The notes: a model not told the origin generated them from the sequence alone. 64,000 bases of DNA from Chlorobiota bacterium (GCA_013152535.1 JAADGE010000055.1:466-64465), one strand, 5' to 3'; counted from the stretch's first letter, positions 29,674-40,172 are shown. Made by a program: numbers and translations.

Positions 29674-30617
29674 TGAAAAATCCGTTATTTGAACATTCGC
29701 ATCCTTTTACACGAGTCTTATTTTTATTATTTATTATTGTTACATCATTCTTTGTATTTTTAATATTGGGTTTGATAACAGCAATTCCTTTTTTCGGGTT
29801 GCATTTGTCATCTTTTAGTGAAGCGATGAATGTTAATAATCCGGAAAATATAGGTTTGATAAAATACATGCAATTTATTCAACATCTCGGAATATTTGTT
29901 GTTCCGCCGATAGTTGCAGCTTATGTATTTTCAAAAAATCCTGCAATTTATTTAAGAGTTAATACAAAAAGTAATTTGAATATTTATTTATTAGCAGTTT
30001 TAATAATTTTTTTTGCAATACCTCTCATTAATTTTACTGCTGCAATAAATGCCAAAATGACTTTTCCTGCGGGGTTTTCAGGTTTTGAAGATAAATTAAA
30101 GGCAATGGAAGAGTCTGCCGGAAAAATAACCGAAGCATTTTTAAATGTTAAAACAATCGGCGGACTTTTTGTTAATGTAATTTTAGTGGCTTTATTGCCG
30201 GCAATAGGAGAGGAGTTTTTATTCAGAGGAATTTTGTTGAAACTTTTCAGAGAATGGACAAAAAATAAACATGCGGCAATTTTGATTTCAGCATTTATTT
30301 TTAGTGCTGTTCATATGCAGTTTTACGGATTTTTACCTCGATTTTTACTGGGAGCATTATTTGGTTATTTGTTTGTTTGGTCAAAAAATATTTGGGTTCC
30401 CGTTACTGTTCATTTTTTCAACAACGGACTTGCCGTTCTTATGTACTATTTTATGAAGGGCAGTGATTTTTATGATAAAGCAGATAAAATAGGCAGTGAT
30501 TTTGCTTCGTTGCCGACTGTATTGTTTTCAATATTAATTGTCGGAACTTTGTTGTATTACTTTTTTAAGATTTCACAAACCGGAACATCTACGGTAGATT
30601 CTCAATCGGAAGATTAA
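29673..30617 (+). CDS. CPBP-family intramembrane glutamic endopeptidase (CAAX protease-like)
   Basis: Motifs EEFLFRG, FSAVH and HFFNN in a polytopic membrane protein. Its start overlaps the MscS stop. Confidence 0.85.
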   Translation: MKNPLFEHSHPFTRVLFLLFIIVTSFFVFLILGLITAIPFFGLHLSSFSEAMNVNNPENIGLIKYMQFIQHLGIFVVPPIVAAYVFSKNPAIYLRVNTKSNLNIYLLAVLIIFFAIPLINFTAAINAKMTFPAGFSGFEDKLKAMEESAGKITEAFLNVKTIGGLFVNVILVALLPAIGEEFLFRGILLKLFREWTKNKHAAILISAFIFSAVHMQFYGFLPRFLLGALFGYLFVWSKNIWVPVTVHFFNNGLAVLMYYFMKGSDFYDKADKIGSDFASLPTVLFSILIVGTLLYYFFKISQTGTSTVDSQSED

Positions 30618-31413
30618 TGATTTGACCATTTTTTATAAATGATATTTTGCCGAAAATAACCGGTGTTTTTGTTTCATTTCGTTGTTTCGGAATTAAAAGA
30701 TACGAAAGCAAAATACTTTTATTATTACCGGAATTGACTTTGTTAAATTGAATAAGTCTTTTATTTTCTGTAATTGTTACGTTTGCCGAACGGGAACTTT
30801 GAATTTCAAAATCGGAAGATATTTCTTCAACGATAATACATTGAATTTTTTTCGGTAAATTACTTATTTTTATTTCTGTTAAATAGCTTTTATCGGGTTG
30901 CGGCATAATTTTTCTGACACATTTTACATTTTGATAAGTTTCATAATTGATACTGTAATTATCTAAATTTTTGACAGTTGTTAAGTTTTCGGGTATTATT
31001 GAAAAGCGATATTTTTTAAGTTTGTACTCACCTTTTTTATTTCCGATAAGGTAATTGAGATTTCCGGAAAGAGAATACACTCCGGATAATCCTTTAAGAT
31101 AAGAAATCGTGTATGAAACCGTAACAGAATTTTTTCCGGAAAGTCGCAACCATCTTATTGTAAGCAAATTATCTTTAACAGAAAAATTTGCACCATTAAG
31201 AATTTTCGGATTAACGAAGAATCCGTTTGGAATTTTTTGTGTAAAAACGGCAAAGGAATGAAGATTTTCCGGTTTTTTTATTGTTAATGTTACCGTAAAG
31301 TTTTTATTGTTACTTATTTGAGTCGGTAATGATAATTCAGCAGTTAAAGTATTTTGGGCACAGCTTAATTGTACATTAAAAAATAAAGCAATACTCAAAA
31401 TAAAAAACCGCAT
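30589..31413 (-). CDS. hypothetical secreted protein
   Basis: Signal peptide MRFFILSIALFFNVQLSCAQ. No recognisable domain. Confidence 0.45.
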   Translation of the reverse strand: MRFFILSIALFFNVQLSCAQNTLTAELSLPTQISNNKNFTVTLTIKKPENLHSFAVFTQKIPNGFFVNPKILNGANFSVKDNLLTIRWLRLSGKNSVTVSYTISYLKGLSGVYSLSGNLNYLIGNKKGEYKLKKYRFSIIPENLTTVKNLDNYSINYETYQNVKCVRKIMPQPDKSYLTEIKISNLPKKIQCIIVEEISSDFEIQSSRSANVTITENKRLIQFNKVNSGNNKSILLSYLLIPKQRNETKTPVIFGKISFIKNGQIINLPIENLP

Positions 31414-31422
31414 ATTAAAAGT

Positions 31423-32142
31423 TTATAAGTTGCTGATATATTTATACTTATCATATATTACAATCCATTTTTCACCTAAGAAAAACACATTATTGAGGGT
31501 TGAGCCGTTTTGAACAAGTTCTTTTATTTTTATTGACATTGAAAGCGGAATATTATAGTATGAAAATCCTTTTTTTGCATATAAAACAATCCATCCGTCC
31601 TTTTTTGTAAGTGCAATATTTTTTACTCGCTGGTTACGATATTTTAAATCGGATAATTTCTTTTTTAATAAAGATGAAATATTGTGTTGATAATGAGTTT
31701 TTGGTGTATATAAAACGACACTTTTATCATTATAAATACTTATACATTTAATTATTTTTCCTTGTTGGTTAATTTTTTTAAGATCCGACAGAATTTTAGC
31801 GGGAAGAGAGTCAGAATAAAAGGCATTGTCTTCAGCCAACAAAACCCAACCGGAATTACCTACGAAATCAATGTCTTTCAAAGGGACTTGTTTTTTGTTT
31901 AATGTATCTAATTTTGCAGATAATTTCGCCGGCATTGTTACAAAAGAGAAACCGATATCACCATAAAAAATAATCCAATTACCGTTTTGATTCAGTGCTA
32001 CGGAAGTAATCGGCAGTTTTTGTGCAGAAATAGTATCAAGTTCAGATTTTAATAAACTTTCATTGTTTATTGTTGTTTGTGTATTTCCGAAATATGATAA
32101 AAGCAGAAATACGGTAATTAATAGAGTTTGTTTTGTTTTCAC
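31423..32142 (-). CDS. hypothetical secreted repeat protein (about 4.5 copies of a roughly 43-aa unit)
   Basis: Signal peptide present. The pattern ..G(N/D)W(I/V)(I/L)(F/L)Y....F.....P..L...L..L recurs. Confidence 0.5.
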   Translation of the reverse strand: MKTKQTLLITVFLLLSYFGNTQTTINNESLLKSELDTISAQKLPITSVALNQNGNWIIFYGDIGFSFVTMPAKLSAKLDTLNKKQVPLKDIDFVGNSGWVLLAEDNAFYSDSLPAKILSDLKKINQQGKIIKCISIYNDKSVVLYTPKTHYQHNISSLLKKKLSDLKYRNQRVKNIALTKKDGWIVLYAKKGFSYYNIPLSMSIKIKELVQNGSTLNNVFFLGEKWIVIYDKYKYISNL

Positions 32143-32162
32143 CGTACCGAATTTTAGTTATT

Positions 32163-32510
32163 TTATAATTTTGTTGATGTCCAAGTTCTTTTTGAATTAA
32201 TTGTATCTTTTTTTCTGAAAGCTTCTTCTAAGTTGATATTAAAACAGTTAGCCAGATCAAAAAGATAATTTAAAACGTCTGCAAATTCAAGTTCTAATTC
32301 TTCCTTATTCGATTCTTTATTTTTTTCTGAATACAAACCGATTTTATTTCTTATCGCCTTTGCTAATTCTCCCATTTCTTCCGATAAGAGCAAAAAAATT
32401 TCCAAATGATTATTTTTATCCCAACCGCGTTCATCTGCAACAGTTTTAATATAATCCTGCAAATCTTTTAAAGTCGGTTTTTCCGGTAGTTCAGGCATTT
32501 TATTCTCCAA
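32163..32510 (-). CDS. MazG-like nucleotide pyrophosphohydrolase
   Basis: 115 aa with EEMGELAKAIR and ELEFADVLNYLFDLAN motifs. Confidence 0.75.
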   Translation of the reverse strand: MENKMPELPEKPTLKDLQDYIKTVADERGWDKNNHLEIFLLLSEEMGELAKAIRNKIGLYSEKNKESNKEELELEFADVLNYLFDLANCFNINLEEAFRKKDTINSKRTWTSTKL

Positions 32511-33498
32511 AAATTTCTTTTAGTTTTTTTGTTAAACTTGTGCCTCTTAAACCGGCAGCAATAATTTTACCGTCTTTATCTAAGAGTACCGTATGCGGAA
32601 TGGATCGGACGTTATATATTTTTGCACCTTCGGATTGCCAAAATTTCAAATCGCTGACCTGTGTCCAAGTTAAATTATCATCTTTTATTGCTTTAAGCCA
32701 GGCATTTTTGTCTCTGTCAAGTGAAACACCGTAAATTTCAAAACTTTTATCGTGATATTTTTTATATAATTTTACGTTATTTGGGTTTTCGGCACGACAG
32801 GGGCGGCACCATGAAGCCCAGAAATCAATTAAAACATAATTGCCTCTGAGCGAGGATAATTTTATTATTTTCCCTTCCGGATTCGGAAGGCTTATTTCCG
32901 GGGCAACTTTACCTGTTGATAAATTTTTAACATTTTCAGTTTTTGTAATATAGTCTTTAACTATCTTATTACCGGAATATTTTGCTAAGCCGACACTTAA
33001 TTTTTTATGGTAAGAATAATACTTGTCGGTATTTAAAAAATTAACAAAAAAGATACAAACCGGTGAAGACGGATTTTCATCAATCATTTTTTTAACGAAT
33101 TCAATTTTTTCTTTATCGTTTTTCAGTTTACTGAATTTATTATTGAAATTATAGTATAACTGAGTTTGAACAGAGTTTGTAATTTTCGGATTTTTTATAT
33201 TTTTTATATCTATGATGATTTCTGTTTGTTCGCCCGGTTCGGGAAAAAATGCCGTAATATTTTGTTTGTTAAGAACTAACAGGTAAAAATTAAATTTATC
33301 AAAAGTTGTGTTAAAAGTAAAATTTCCCGAAGCATCCAATTTTTGAGTTTCAATGGTATTGTGTGAAATATCTTGGAGTTTTATTTCAGTAAATTTATCA
33401 CTATTAATAACCTTTCCCTTTAAGGTTGCATTTTTTGCAAAACTGAAAATACTTACAAAAATTAAAATTCCTGTAAGTAAAGTTTGTTTAAAATTCAT
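32500..33498 (-). CDS. TlpA/AhpC-TSA-family thiol:disulfide oxidoreductase (periplasmic thioredoxin-like)
   Basis: Signal peptide present. The C-terminal thioredoxin fold carries the FWASWCRPC active site. Confidence 0.85.
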   Translation of the reverse strand: MNFKQTLLTGILIFVSIFSFAKNATLKGKVINSDKFTEIKLQDISHNTIETQKLDASGNFTFNTTFDKFNFYLLVLNKQNITAFFPEPGEQTEIIIDIKNIKNPKITNSVQTQLYYNFNNKFSKLKNDKEKIEFVKKMIDENPSSPVCIFFVNFLNTDKYYSYHKKLSVGLAKYSGNKIVKDYITKTENVKNLSTGKVAPEISLPNPEGKIIKLSSLRGNYVLIDFWASWCRPCRAENPNNVKLYKKYHDKSFEIYGVSLDRDKNAWLKAIKDDNLTWTQVSDLKFWQSEGAKIYNVRSIPHTVLLDKDGKIIAAGLRGTSLTKKLKEIFGE

Positions 33499-33571
33499 TT
33501 GTTTTATTTTGATTTATTATAAATTAGTCTTTTTGTAAAACGTATTTTTTTTATTTTATTGCCGAAAATTC

Positions 33572-33889
33572 TCAATTATTCATTTGTCTGTCTAAACGCT
33601 CGGCATCTCTTATTCTGCCTTTTAATATATTAATGTAAGTTCTTGCATCTTTCAGATGATAATCGGCATATGCTTTTTGAGCCCAATCTAAAGCGATATC
33701 AAATTTTCCGAATATTTCAGAGGCTAATGCCATATTGTAACAAGCACGACCGGCAATTTTATAATCGGGGTCGTTAACATATTGTTTCCATATATCTGCT
33801 GCATCTTCCCATTGTTTTGCATTAACTTTATATTTTGCATCTTTAAAGTCATCATTTCCTTTAACGTAATAATGTCTTGAAACCCAAAT
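33572..33889 (-). pseudogene. in-frame continuation (105 codons, TPR-like) of the lipoprotein gene downstream of the internal TGA
   Basis: Hand translation of the same frame gives IWVSRHYYVKGNDDFKDAKYKVNAKQWEDAADIWKQYVNDPDYKIAGRACYNMALASEIFGKFDIALDWAQKAYADYHLKDARTYINILKGRIRDAERLDRQMNN*. The span 34618-33572 is exactly 349 codons. Confidence 0.75.
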
Positions 33890-34618
33890 TCAAGTAGGAG
33901 ATATTCTGCGGGCATAGCGTTGTCCGGAAAAATAACCGGCACTTTTAACAGCATCAGCTTGTTTCGGCAGATTGTTTTCAGCTTCTGTTTTTGTTCTGCC
34001 CTTTTTGTCCCAACCTTTGTGGTCAACATAAACGTTTTGGTCAATTATTTTACGATTTACGGGATCGTAAATTCGCCAACCGGCATTTACTGCAATATCA
34101 ATTGAAGCAATGTATTCAGTATAGGTAACATCTTTATTATCTTTTTTTATTGTTTTTTGTTGTGAATCCAAATGTCTTGATGTGTTAGAATCAAAAGTTT
34201 CAAGTAAAATTAAGGCATCAGCAGAATAATTATTACAAATTTGTTTAACTTTTTGCCAATTTAAAGGAGCAGGAAATGTTGCCGCTCCGGTTCCTTTTAA
34301 ATTTAAACCGTCGGGAACGGTAACGTTGAATCTCGGAGAATTTTGTAATCCGCTTACCAAACCGCTGATTGCTTTTTCCGAAGCTTCGCGGTCAACAAAT
34401 ATTTCTTCTCCGCTGATAATTCCTTCTACAACATTGCGGAACTGATTACCGTTTCCTTTTGCCGGTAAACTTCTGTTTGCAACTGCTAAGGTTTTAATAT
34501 TTGCCGGCACAAAAATGTCAGCCGGTTTCAGCACTTTTACAGAAAGTGATTTTGTTTTACAGGAAAAGAACCCTATTCCTAAAATTATTACGAATAAAAT
34601 AATATAGTTTTGTTTCAT
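33890..34618 (-). CDS. lipoprotein, N-terminal 242 codons ending at an in-frame TGA
   Basis: Lipoprotein signal ...GIGFFSC. The ORF stops at TGA 33890-33892, but the same frame continues open (see the next feature). Confidence 0.7.
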   Translation of the reverse strand: MKQNYIILFVIILGIGFFSCKTKSLSVKVLKPADIFVPANIKTLAVANRSLPAKGNGNQFRNVVEGIISGEEIFVDREASEKAISGLVSGLQNSPRFNVTVPDGLNLKGTGAATFPAPLNWQKVKQICNNYSADALILLETFDSNTSRHLDSQQKTIKKDNKDVTYTEYIASIDIAVNAGWRIYDPVNRKIIDQNVYVDHKGWDKKGRTKTEAENNLPKQADAVKSAGYFSGQRYARRISPT

Positions 34619-34626
34619 AGTATTTT

Positions 34627-37600
34627 CTAAAGTTTAAATCCTAATAAGATAATATCATCGGTTTGCGGAGTATTCTCCATCCATTTTTCAATTATTTTGC
34701 TTAATATTTCATGTTGTTCTTCCATTGGTTTGTAGTGAATATCCAATAAAACTTCTTTTAATCGTTTTATCATAAATTTACGATTTTTCGGACCCCCGAA
34801 TTGATCTTGAAAACCATCAGAAAACATATAGAACCAAGTTGGTGATTCGTAATGAATTATGTCAACATTATAGTCTTTAGCTTCGGATTGATAGCCTCCT
34901 ATACCGCTTCTGCTTGCTTTAATTTGTTTTAATTCTCCGTTTGTAATATAAACCAACGGATTTTTTGCACCTGCAAATTCAACTGTTTTATTTGTTTTGT
35001 CAATAACACATAATGCCATATCCATTCCGTCCTGAGATAAGCCTTCTTTTTCCTGTTTCAGAGCTTTTATTACATAATCATTCATTTTTTCAAGAATAAC
35101 ATCTGCTTTTGTAATTCCGTTTGCATTAACAAGAGTTGTTAAAATTTGCCCGCCTATCATACTCATTAATGCTCCGGGAACACCATGCCCGGTACAATCA
35201 ACAGCAGTATAAATAATTTTATTGTTTTTTTCGGCATACCAATAAAAATCACCGCTGACAATATCGCGAGGTTTGAATAAAATAAAATTTTCGGGTAAGC
35301 CGGCAGTAATTCTTTCTTTCAAGGGCAACATTGCTTCCTGAATTCTTTTTGCATAGTTGATACTTGCCGTAATAGAAGCATTTTTTTGGCTGATTTCATC
35401 ATTTTGTTCCGACAAAATTTCATTTTTAGCTTCAATTTCTTCTTTTTGAAGCTGAATTTCCTGAGTTCGTTCTTCTACAATGCGTTTTAAATTTTCTCTT
35501 TGTTTTTTTAATCGAAAAATACTTAATTGAATTACTCCGTAAATAAACAGAATAAATAAAATAAAGTAGCCCAAATATGCACCGAAAGTTCGGTACCAAG
35601 GCGGTAAAATTTCAAATGTATATTCGGCAGTGTTACTTTCGACATTGTATAAATTTTTTGCTTTTACAATAAATGTATATGTTCCCGGACCTAAATTAGA
35701 ATATTCTTTATCAATTTTAAATTTCCAATCGGACCATTTTGTGTCATTGCCGTTTAAAATAAACTTATATTGTGTTTTTTCGGGTTCTTCATAAAAAACA
35801 GAAGAAAAAGTAAATCGTAAATTATTAAATTCGTATGGAATTTGAGGGATATTATTCGGGTTTTGAAGAAGGGCCATTTTGCCGGAATCATTTTTAAATG
35901 CACCGCCGAATAAAAGAGAATCGTTTTTGACAAATTCTACTTTTCGGATTAATGCTGCAAAAGGTTCTTCAAATTGTTTTGTCATATTTAAATTATAAAG
36001 AACAAAACCACTTTCAGTTCCGACAATTAACTCGTTATCAGATATTTGATTGATACTGAAAATGTTGTTTTTTACTTTATAGAAAGGTGTTTTAATAACA
36101 GGTCGGATGCCTTTAGGATTATACTTGATTAAACCTAATTCCCAAGATTGTTTATTTTTTATTTTAGGATCATCAATGGCTTCTTTAAACCAAATATTAC
36201 CGTTTTTTGCCTGATAAAGGTTTGTAATTTTTATATCTCTTTTGAAAATTTTATCAAAAAACGGGTCTTTAATAAATTTCCCGGTTTTTTTATCAAATAA
36301 ATAAACACCTTTTTTTGTTGTAAAAATAATTTGATTATTAATTTTGAAAACATAATTTCCGTAAATGCTCGGTAATCCGTCTTTTTCCGTAAATATTTTA
36401 TTTTCAATAACAGAATCAAGTTTTTTGTTTAATTTTAATCTGAAAATTCCTTTGCTTCTGTCAGAAATCCAAAATGTTCCGTCAGAGTCTTCTTCTAAAT
36501 GACGAAAATTTCCTTTGAAGTTTTTAACGGCATAATTAAATTTCCAAGTGTTGTTCTGAAATGTAAAAATTGATAAACCATGACCGCCGATTGCAAGAAT
36601 TTTATCAGGATAATCGGCAAGTTTAATGAAACTTTTTACACTGACATTAGGTCCGATTAATTGGGCTTTATTATCTTTAACTTCAAATAATCCTGATTGT
36701 CCGGCAAAAAGAAGGGTATGATTTAAAGTGTCAATTTTCCAAATTTGTGTATGTCCTGTCGGATTTTCAATTTGGGTAAAATTTTCATTTTCCGTATTGT
36801 TATTAAAAGTAAAATTTCTGTAAAATAATCCTCCGGCAGTGCCTACGAACAGCTTATTATTAAAAAGCAATGATGAATGAACGGCTTCGCTTAAATTTGA
36901 TTGAGCTGAAAATACGGTATAAGGTAAGTTTGCATAGATAATTGAAATTCCGTCATTTGTTCCGATCCAGATATTTTTATCGCGATCGGTATAAATACAC
37001 CATACTGTGTTGTTTTGCAGCCCGTTATAGGTGGAAAGATGTTTTATTATATGTAATTTATTATCGGTAATTATCATTCCTTTCCCATATAAACCCCCTA
37101 AATAATATTTATCATTATACACGGAAGGATAGATTAAATTAAAAAGTAAAGGATCTCTGTTTATGTTTTTCAGTTCGCCGTCAGACAGGATTTTTACACT
37201 GTCTTGCCAGCTTGTTATATATAGTGCATTACCGGGAGCCGGAAACATACCTAAAGGTTGTTTTTTTGCGTAATAATCACCGGTTCCTTTTACAAGTTCT
37301 AATTTGTCGTTCTTGAATTCCAGAATTCCCCGACCTTTTTCGTGGATAAAAATTCGGTCATTAATTTTAAACGAACCGCTGAAATTATTTTCCGGTTTTT
37401 CTATATCAATTGTTTTTATTGTATCATTTTCATAGATGTAAATTGTTTGAGGTGTAATAAAAACCGCATGATTATTTTTGGTTATTTGAACTTTTCTTAC
37501 AATTGTAAATTGTTTCTTTTTTTCGGGTATTTTCGACGATAAAGATTGGTATTTCATATTCCCCTTTTTGCCGATTTTTAAATAGCCGAATTCACCGACA

Positions 37601-37896
37601 CTGGCACCTACATATATTCGTCCGTTTTTATCTTTTACCATTGAATATATATTCGGGTCACCGGGTAAAAAGATTTTTCGCCAAGTGTTACCGTCAAACT
37701 CTAAAATATAGGTTTGGTTTGCAAAATACATAATACCTCGATTATCCTGAACGATTGAAAACGTCTGATTGTTTCCGTCATAATCAACTCGGGTATAGTT
37801 TTTTAAATACGGTATCCCTTTACTTTCAATTTGTGAAAAAGAGATTGAAATTGAGAAAAGAAAAAACAGTGTGAAAATGTATTTTTTAATAGCCAT
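34627..37896 (-). CDS. sensor protein: periplasmic two-component-regulator beta-propeller repeats + Y_Y_Y domain, TM, coiled coil, cytoplasmic PP2C/SpoIIE phosphatase
   Basis: Signal peptide and long propeller-like region. YTFIVKAKN...YTFEILPPWYRT (Y_Y_Y-like) immediately precedes the TM. C-terminal GDFYWY...DCTGHGVPGALMSMIG...SDGFQDQFGG matches SpoIIE. Confidence 0.8.
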   Translation of the reverse strand: MAIKKYIFTLFFLFSISISFSQIESKGIPYLKNYTRVDYDGNNQTFSIVQDNRGIMYFANQTYILEFDGNTWRKIFLPGDPNIYSMVKDKNGRIYVGASVGEFGYLKIGKKGNMKYQSLSSKIPEKKKQFTIVRKVQITKNNHAVFITPQTIYIYENDTIKTIDIEKPENNFSGSFKINDRIFIHEKGRGILEFKNDKLELVKGTGDYYAKKQPLGMFPAPGNALYITSWQDSVKILSDGELKNINRDPLLFNLIYPSVYNDKYYLGGLYGKGMIITDNKLHIIKHLSTYNGLQNNTVWCIYTDRDKNIWIGTNDGISIIYANLPYTVFSAQSNLSEAVHSSLLFNNKLFVGTAGGLFYRNFTFNNNTENENFTQIENPTGHTQIWKIDTLNHTLLFAGQSGLFEVKDNKAQLIGPNVSVKSFIKLADYPDKILAIGGHGLSIFTFQNNTWKFNYAVKNFKGNFRHLEEDSDGTFWISDRSKGIFRLKLNKKLDSVIENKIFTEKDGLPSIYGNYVFKINNQIIFTTKKGVYLFDKKTGKFIKDPFFDKIFKRDIKITNLYQAKNGNIWFKEAIDDPKIKNKQSWELGLIKYNPKGIRPVIKTPFYKVKNNIFSINQISDNELIVGTESGFVLYNLNMTKQFEEPFAALIRKVEFVKNDSLLFGGAFKNDSGKMALLQNPNNIPQIPYEFNNLRFTFSSVFYEEPEKTQYKFILNGNDTKWSDWKFKIDKEYSNLGPGTYTFIVKAKNLYNVESNTAEYTFEILPPWYRTFGAYLGYFILFILFIYGVIQLSIFRLKKQRENLKRIVEERTQEIQLQKEEIEAKNEILSEQNDEISQKNASITASINYAKRIQEAMLPLKERITAGLPENFILFKPRDIVSGDFYWYAEKNNKIIYTAVDCTGHGVPGALMSMIGGQILTTLVNANGITKADVILEKMNDYVIKALKQEKEGLSQDGMDMALCVIDKTNKTVEFAGAKNPLVYITNGELKQIKASRSGIGGYQSEAKDYNVDIIHYESPTWFYMFSDGFQDQFGGPKNRKFMIKRLKEVLLDIHYKPMEEQHEILSKIIEKWMENTPQTDDIILLGFKL

Positions 37897-37954
37897 TATA
37901 ATAATATTAGATGTCTCAATTAATAATTATGTAAAGTAAATAAAATAAAAAACA

Positions 37955-40162
37955 TTAATCGTGCCAAGCAGAATAAATTTTATTTGCTGCAGGATTGATT
38001 AATTCATAATATAATTCGTTTAAGTTTAGAGATTTAAAATCGGATGTTATCATTTCGGATTTATAACCTAAGATATTTATTGTATTACTGTTTATTTTTA
38101 AGGCTTTAACACCGAAAAAAGAATTTGAACTAAAAAAGGGTATTTGTTTTTTAATTAAACCTTTTGAAATAATTGTTACCAGAACATTTGTATTTTTATT
38201 ATTGTTTCCTGCTTTTGAGTTTACGATATGTCCGTTTAAATCTGTATAATTTATAAAGTTACTGAAAAGTAATATTTTATTATTTACTCGAATCATATCA
38301 AAAATTACTGCTTTTGCTGATATTTTGACTTCATAAGTTTGCAGTTGATCATCCGGATTATAGTGATAAATTATTTGTTCGGGGTCATCGGGCATTTTGT
38401 CAAATGTTTGCCCGTTAAAAACAATTAAAAGAATATTATTTATATCGTCGTATTTCATTAAGCGCGGAATTTTATGATAGGGTAATTCCTTTTTAAAAAT
38501 AACATCTCCTTTATTATTGTAATTTATTAAAGTGTTTGTGATTTGCGAACCTGTTTCGGTTGAAATAATATAACAGCCGCCTTTATATGAAGCACAAACA
38601 GTATTGTACGTTTCGGAGGAATTTTGCGGTGTTATATTTTTAATGAATTTAACATGTTTTAAATCTTCGGTATATCCGGTAAATCCGTGTTTCTTCTTAT
38701 CTTTAGAGACTGCAAATCCTGTGAACCAAATATGATTATTTTTTGTTTGAATGAAATGTGTAATATTATATTTTCCCGAATCCGGAAGACTTGTTGCCGG
38801 GTTGACGATTTCAGTTGAAATGGATTTGTTTTGATAAATTAATGAGTCGATATTAATTTTAAAAGATGTATAATATAATTGCTTTTTAAGGTTTAATAAA
38901 ACATCATTCAGTTTGGCTTCAAAAAATAACTCTTGTCTGAAAGAATATTTTTTTAAACCTTGCATTCCTTCGTATTTTGAGACATAGAAGTTTTTGTATT
39001 TTTTAACTTGTTCCGGAGTAATTGCATTTATGAAAATTTTATTGATGCTGTCTGCAATTTCTTTTTCTTTTAACAGGTTAAAACAATATTCTGCACGTTT
39101 TAAAATCGGAAATTTTGTAATAGTTACCGGGTCGTTTATTGCTTTTTTAAAATTTACAAGATAATTAATTTTTGTTTCGTTCAGTTTAAAAAGTTTTACA
39201 AGTAAAGAATTATTATCAAATTTTTCAATTTTGTAAACAAACTTAGGGGGCAGTTTAAAGTGTTTGTAATCATCAGAATAAATTCCGTTTACCAAAGTGT
39301 TTATTTTGCTTTTTAACTTTTTGTCTTCATCGGCAATATCTGTTCTGTTGTTTTTAATAACATTATTTTTTACGGTTCTTACACCTTGTATCCATTTTTT
39401 ATAATTCCAAAGAATAATATCATTTTTTAAAAAATCAGAATAATTTAAACCGTCTAATCTGTATGTTACGATATTTTTCAGTTTATAAGTTTGGTCGTAA
39501 CCGGGTATCGGGAATTTTTTTAATGCTTCTTTATATAAGTTGAAATATATTAGGGTAGAATCAAAATTGGTTTCTAAATTTTTTAAATCAAAATTAAGAG
39601 TATCGTCATCACTTAAATAAATGTTTTTGATTTTAGCATAGTCAGAATTTATTTTCATAAAGATACTGACACATTCGTTGTAAGAGTCGCTGCTTTTATT
39701 GTAATAATTAATAATTTTAACAATGTTATTTTCATAATCTGTTATGTCCTCAACTTGTGAATCAATATAGGCATTAATATCATCTAATTTTAATTTTTTA
39801 CCTTTAGGAATTATCGGAGCATTTTTATAATAAGAACGATTTTTCTTTTTTTCGTCTTTCATTTTCAACTTTGCTAAATTGAAGTATAGTTTTGTGTTGT
39901 AAATGAATAGTTTAGTGTATTCAAATTCTGTAAAAGGGTTGAAATTTTTTGCCCATTCTTTTGCTATTATGCCTAATTGGAAATAGGTGTTGGCAAAGTC
40001 CGGATTTTGTTTTTGATAAGCTGTTAACAGGGTATAAGCCTTATCTTTATCTCCGCTTAAAATTACCTTATAAATATCGTCATATTTTAGTCTCGAACTC
40101 GAAAAAGACTTATTTGCAATTAATAAAAAAGCAAAAATTATTATGATTTTATATTTTGTCAT
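37955..40162 (-). CDS. hypothetical secreted protein with N-terminal TPR-like region
   Basis: 735 aa with a signal peptide. No other domain recognised. Confidence 0.5.
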   Translation of the reverse strand: MTKYKIIIIFAFLLIANKSFSSSRLKYDDIYKVILSGDKDKAYTLLTAYQKQNPDFANTYFQLGIIAKEWAKNFNPFTEFEYTKLFIYNTKLYFNLAKLKMKDEKKKNRSYYKNAPIIPKGKKLKLDDINAYIDSQVEDITDYENNIVKIINYYNKSSDSYNECVSIFMKINSDYAKIKNIYLSDDDTLNFDLKNLETNFDSTLIYFNLYKEALKKFPIPGYDQTYKLKNIVTYRLDGLNYSDFLKNDIILWNYKKWIQGVRTVKNNVIKNNRTDIADEDKKLKSKINTLVNGIYSDDYKHFKLPPKFVYKIEKFDNNSLLVKLFKLNETKINYLVNFKKAINDPVTITKFPILKRAEYCFNLLKEKEIADSINKIFINAITPEQVKKYKNFYVSKYEGMQGLKKYSFRQELFFEAKLNDVLLNLKKQLYYTSFKINIDSLIYQNKSISTEIVNPATSLPDSGKYNITHFIQTKNNHIWFTGFAVSKDKKKHGFTGYTEDLKHVKFIKNITPQNSSETYNTVCASYKGGCYIISTETGSQITNTLINYNNKGDVIFKKELPYHKIPRLMKYDDINNILLIVFNGQTFDKMPDDPEQIIYHYNPDDQLQTYEVKISAKAVIFDMIRVNNKILLFSNFINYTDLNGHIVNSKAGNNNKNTNVLVTIISKGLIKKQIPFFSSNSFFGVKALKINSNTINILGYKSEMITSDFKSLNLNELYYELINPAANKIYSAWHD

Positions 40163-40172
40163 AATGTAAAAA

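Noticed and set aside
33890-33892. The in-frame TGA as evidence for an alternative genetic code (TGA = Trp or Gly) or for selenocysteine
   Set aside because: Multi-kb ORFs elsewhere contain no in-frame TGA. TGA also terminates genes at sensible family ends, for example the SHOCT protein at 52712-52714 and this same lipoprotein gene at 33572-33574. No selenoprotein context is recognisable (no redox CxxU-type motif). A single nonsense mutation is the more parsimonious explanation. A SECIS search was not possible by eye.
33724-34044. A 106-aa minus-strand ORF overlapping the lipoprotein gene and its tail
   Set aside because: It is out of frame relative to the well-supported lipoprotein/TPR frame, and its translation is featureless. 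It is an artefact of the AT-rich overlap.
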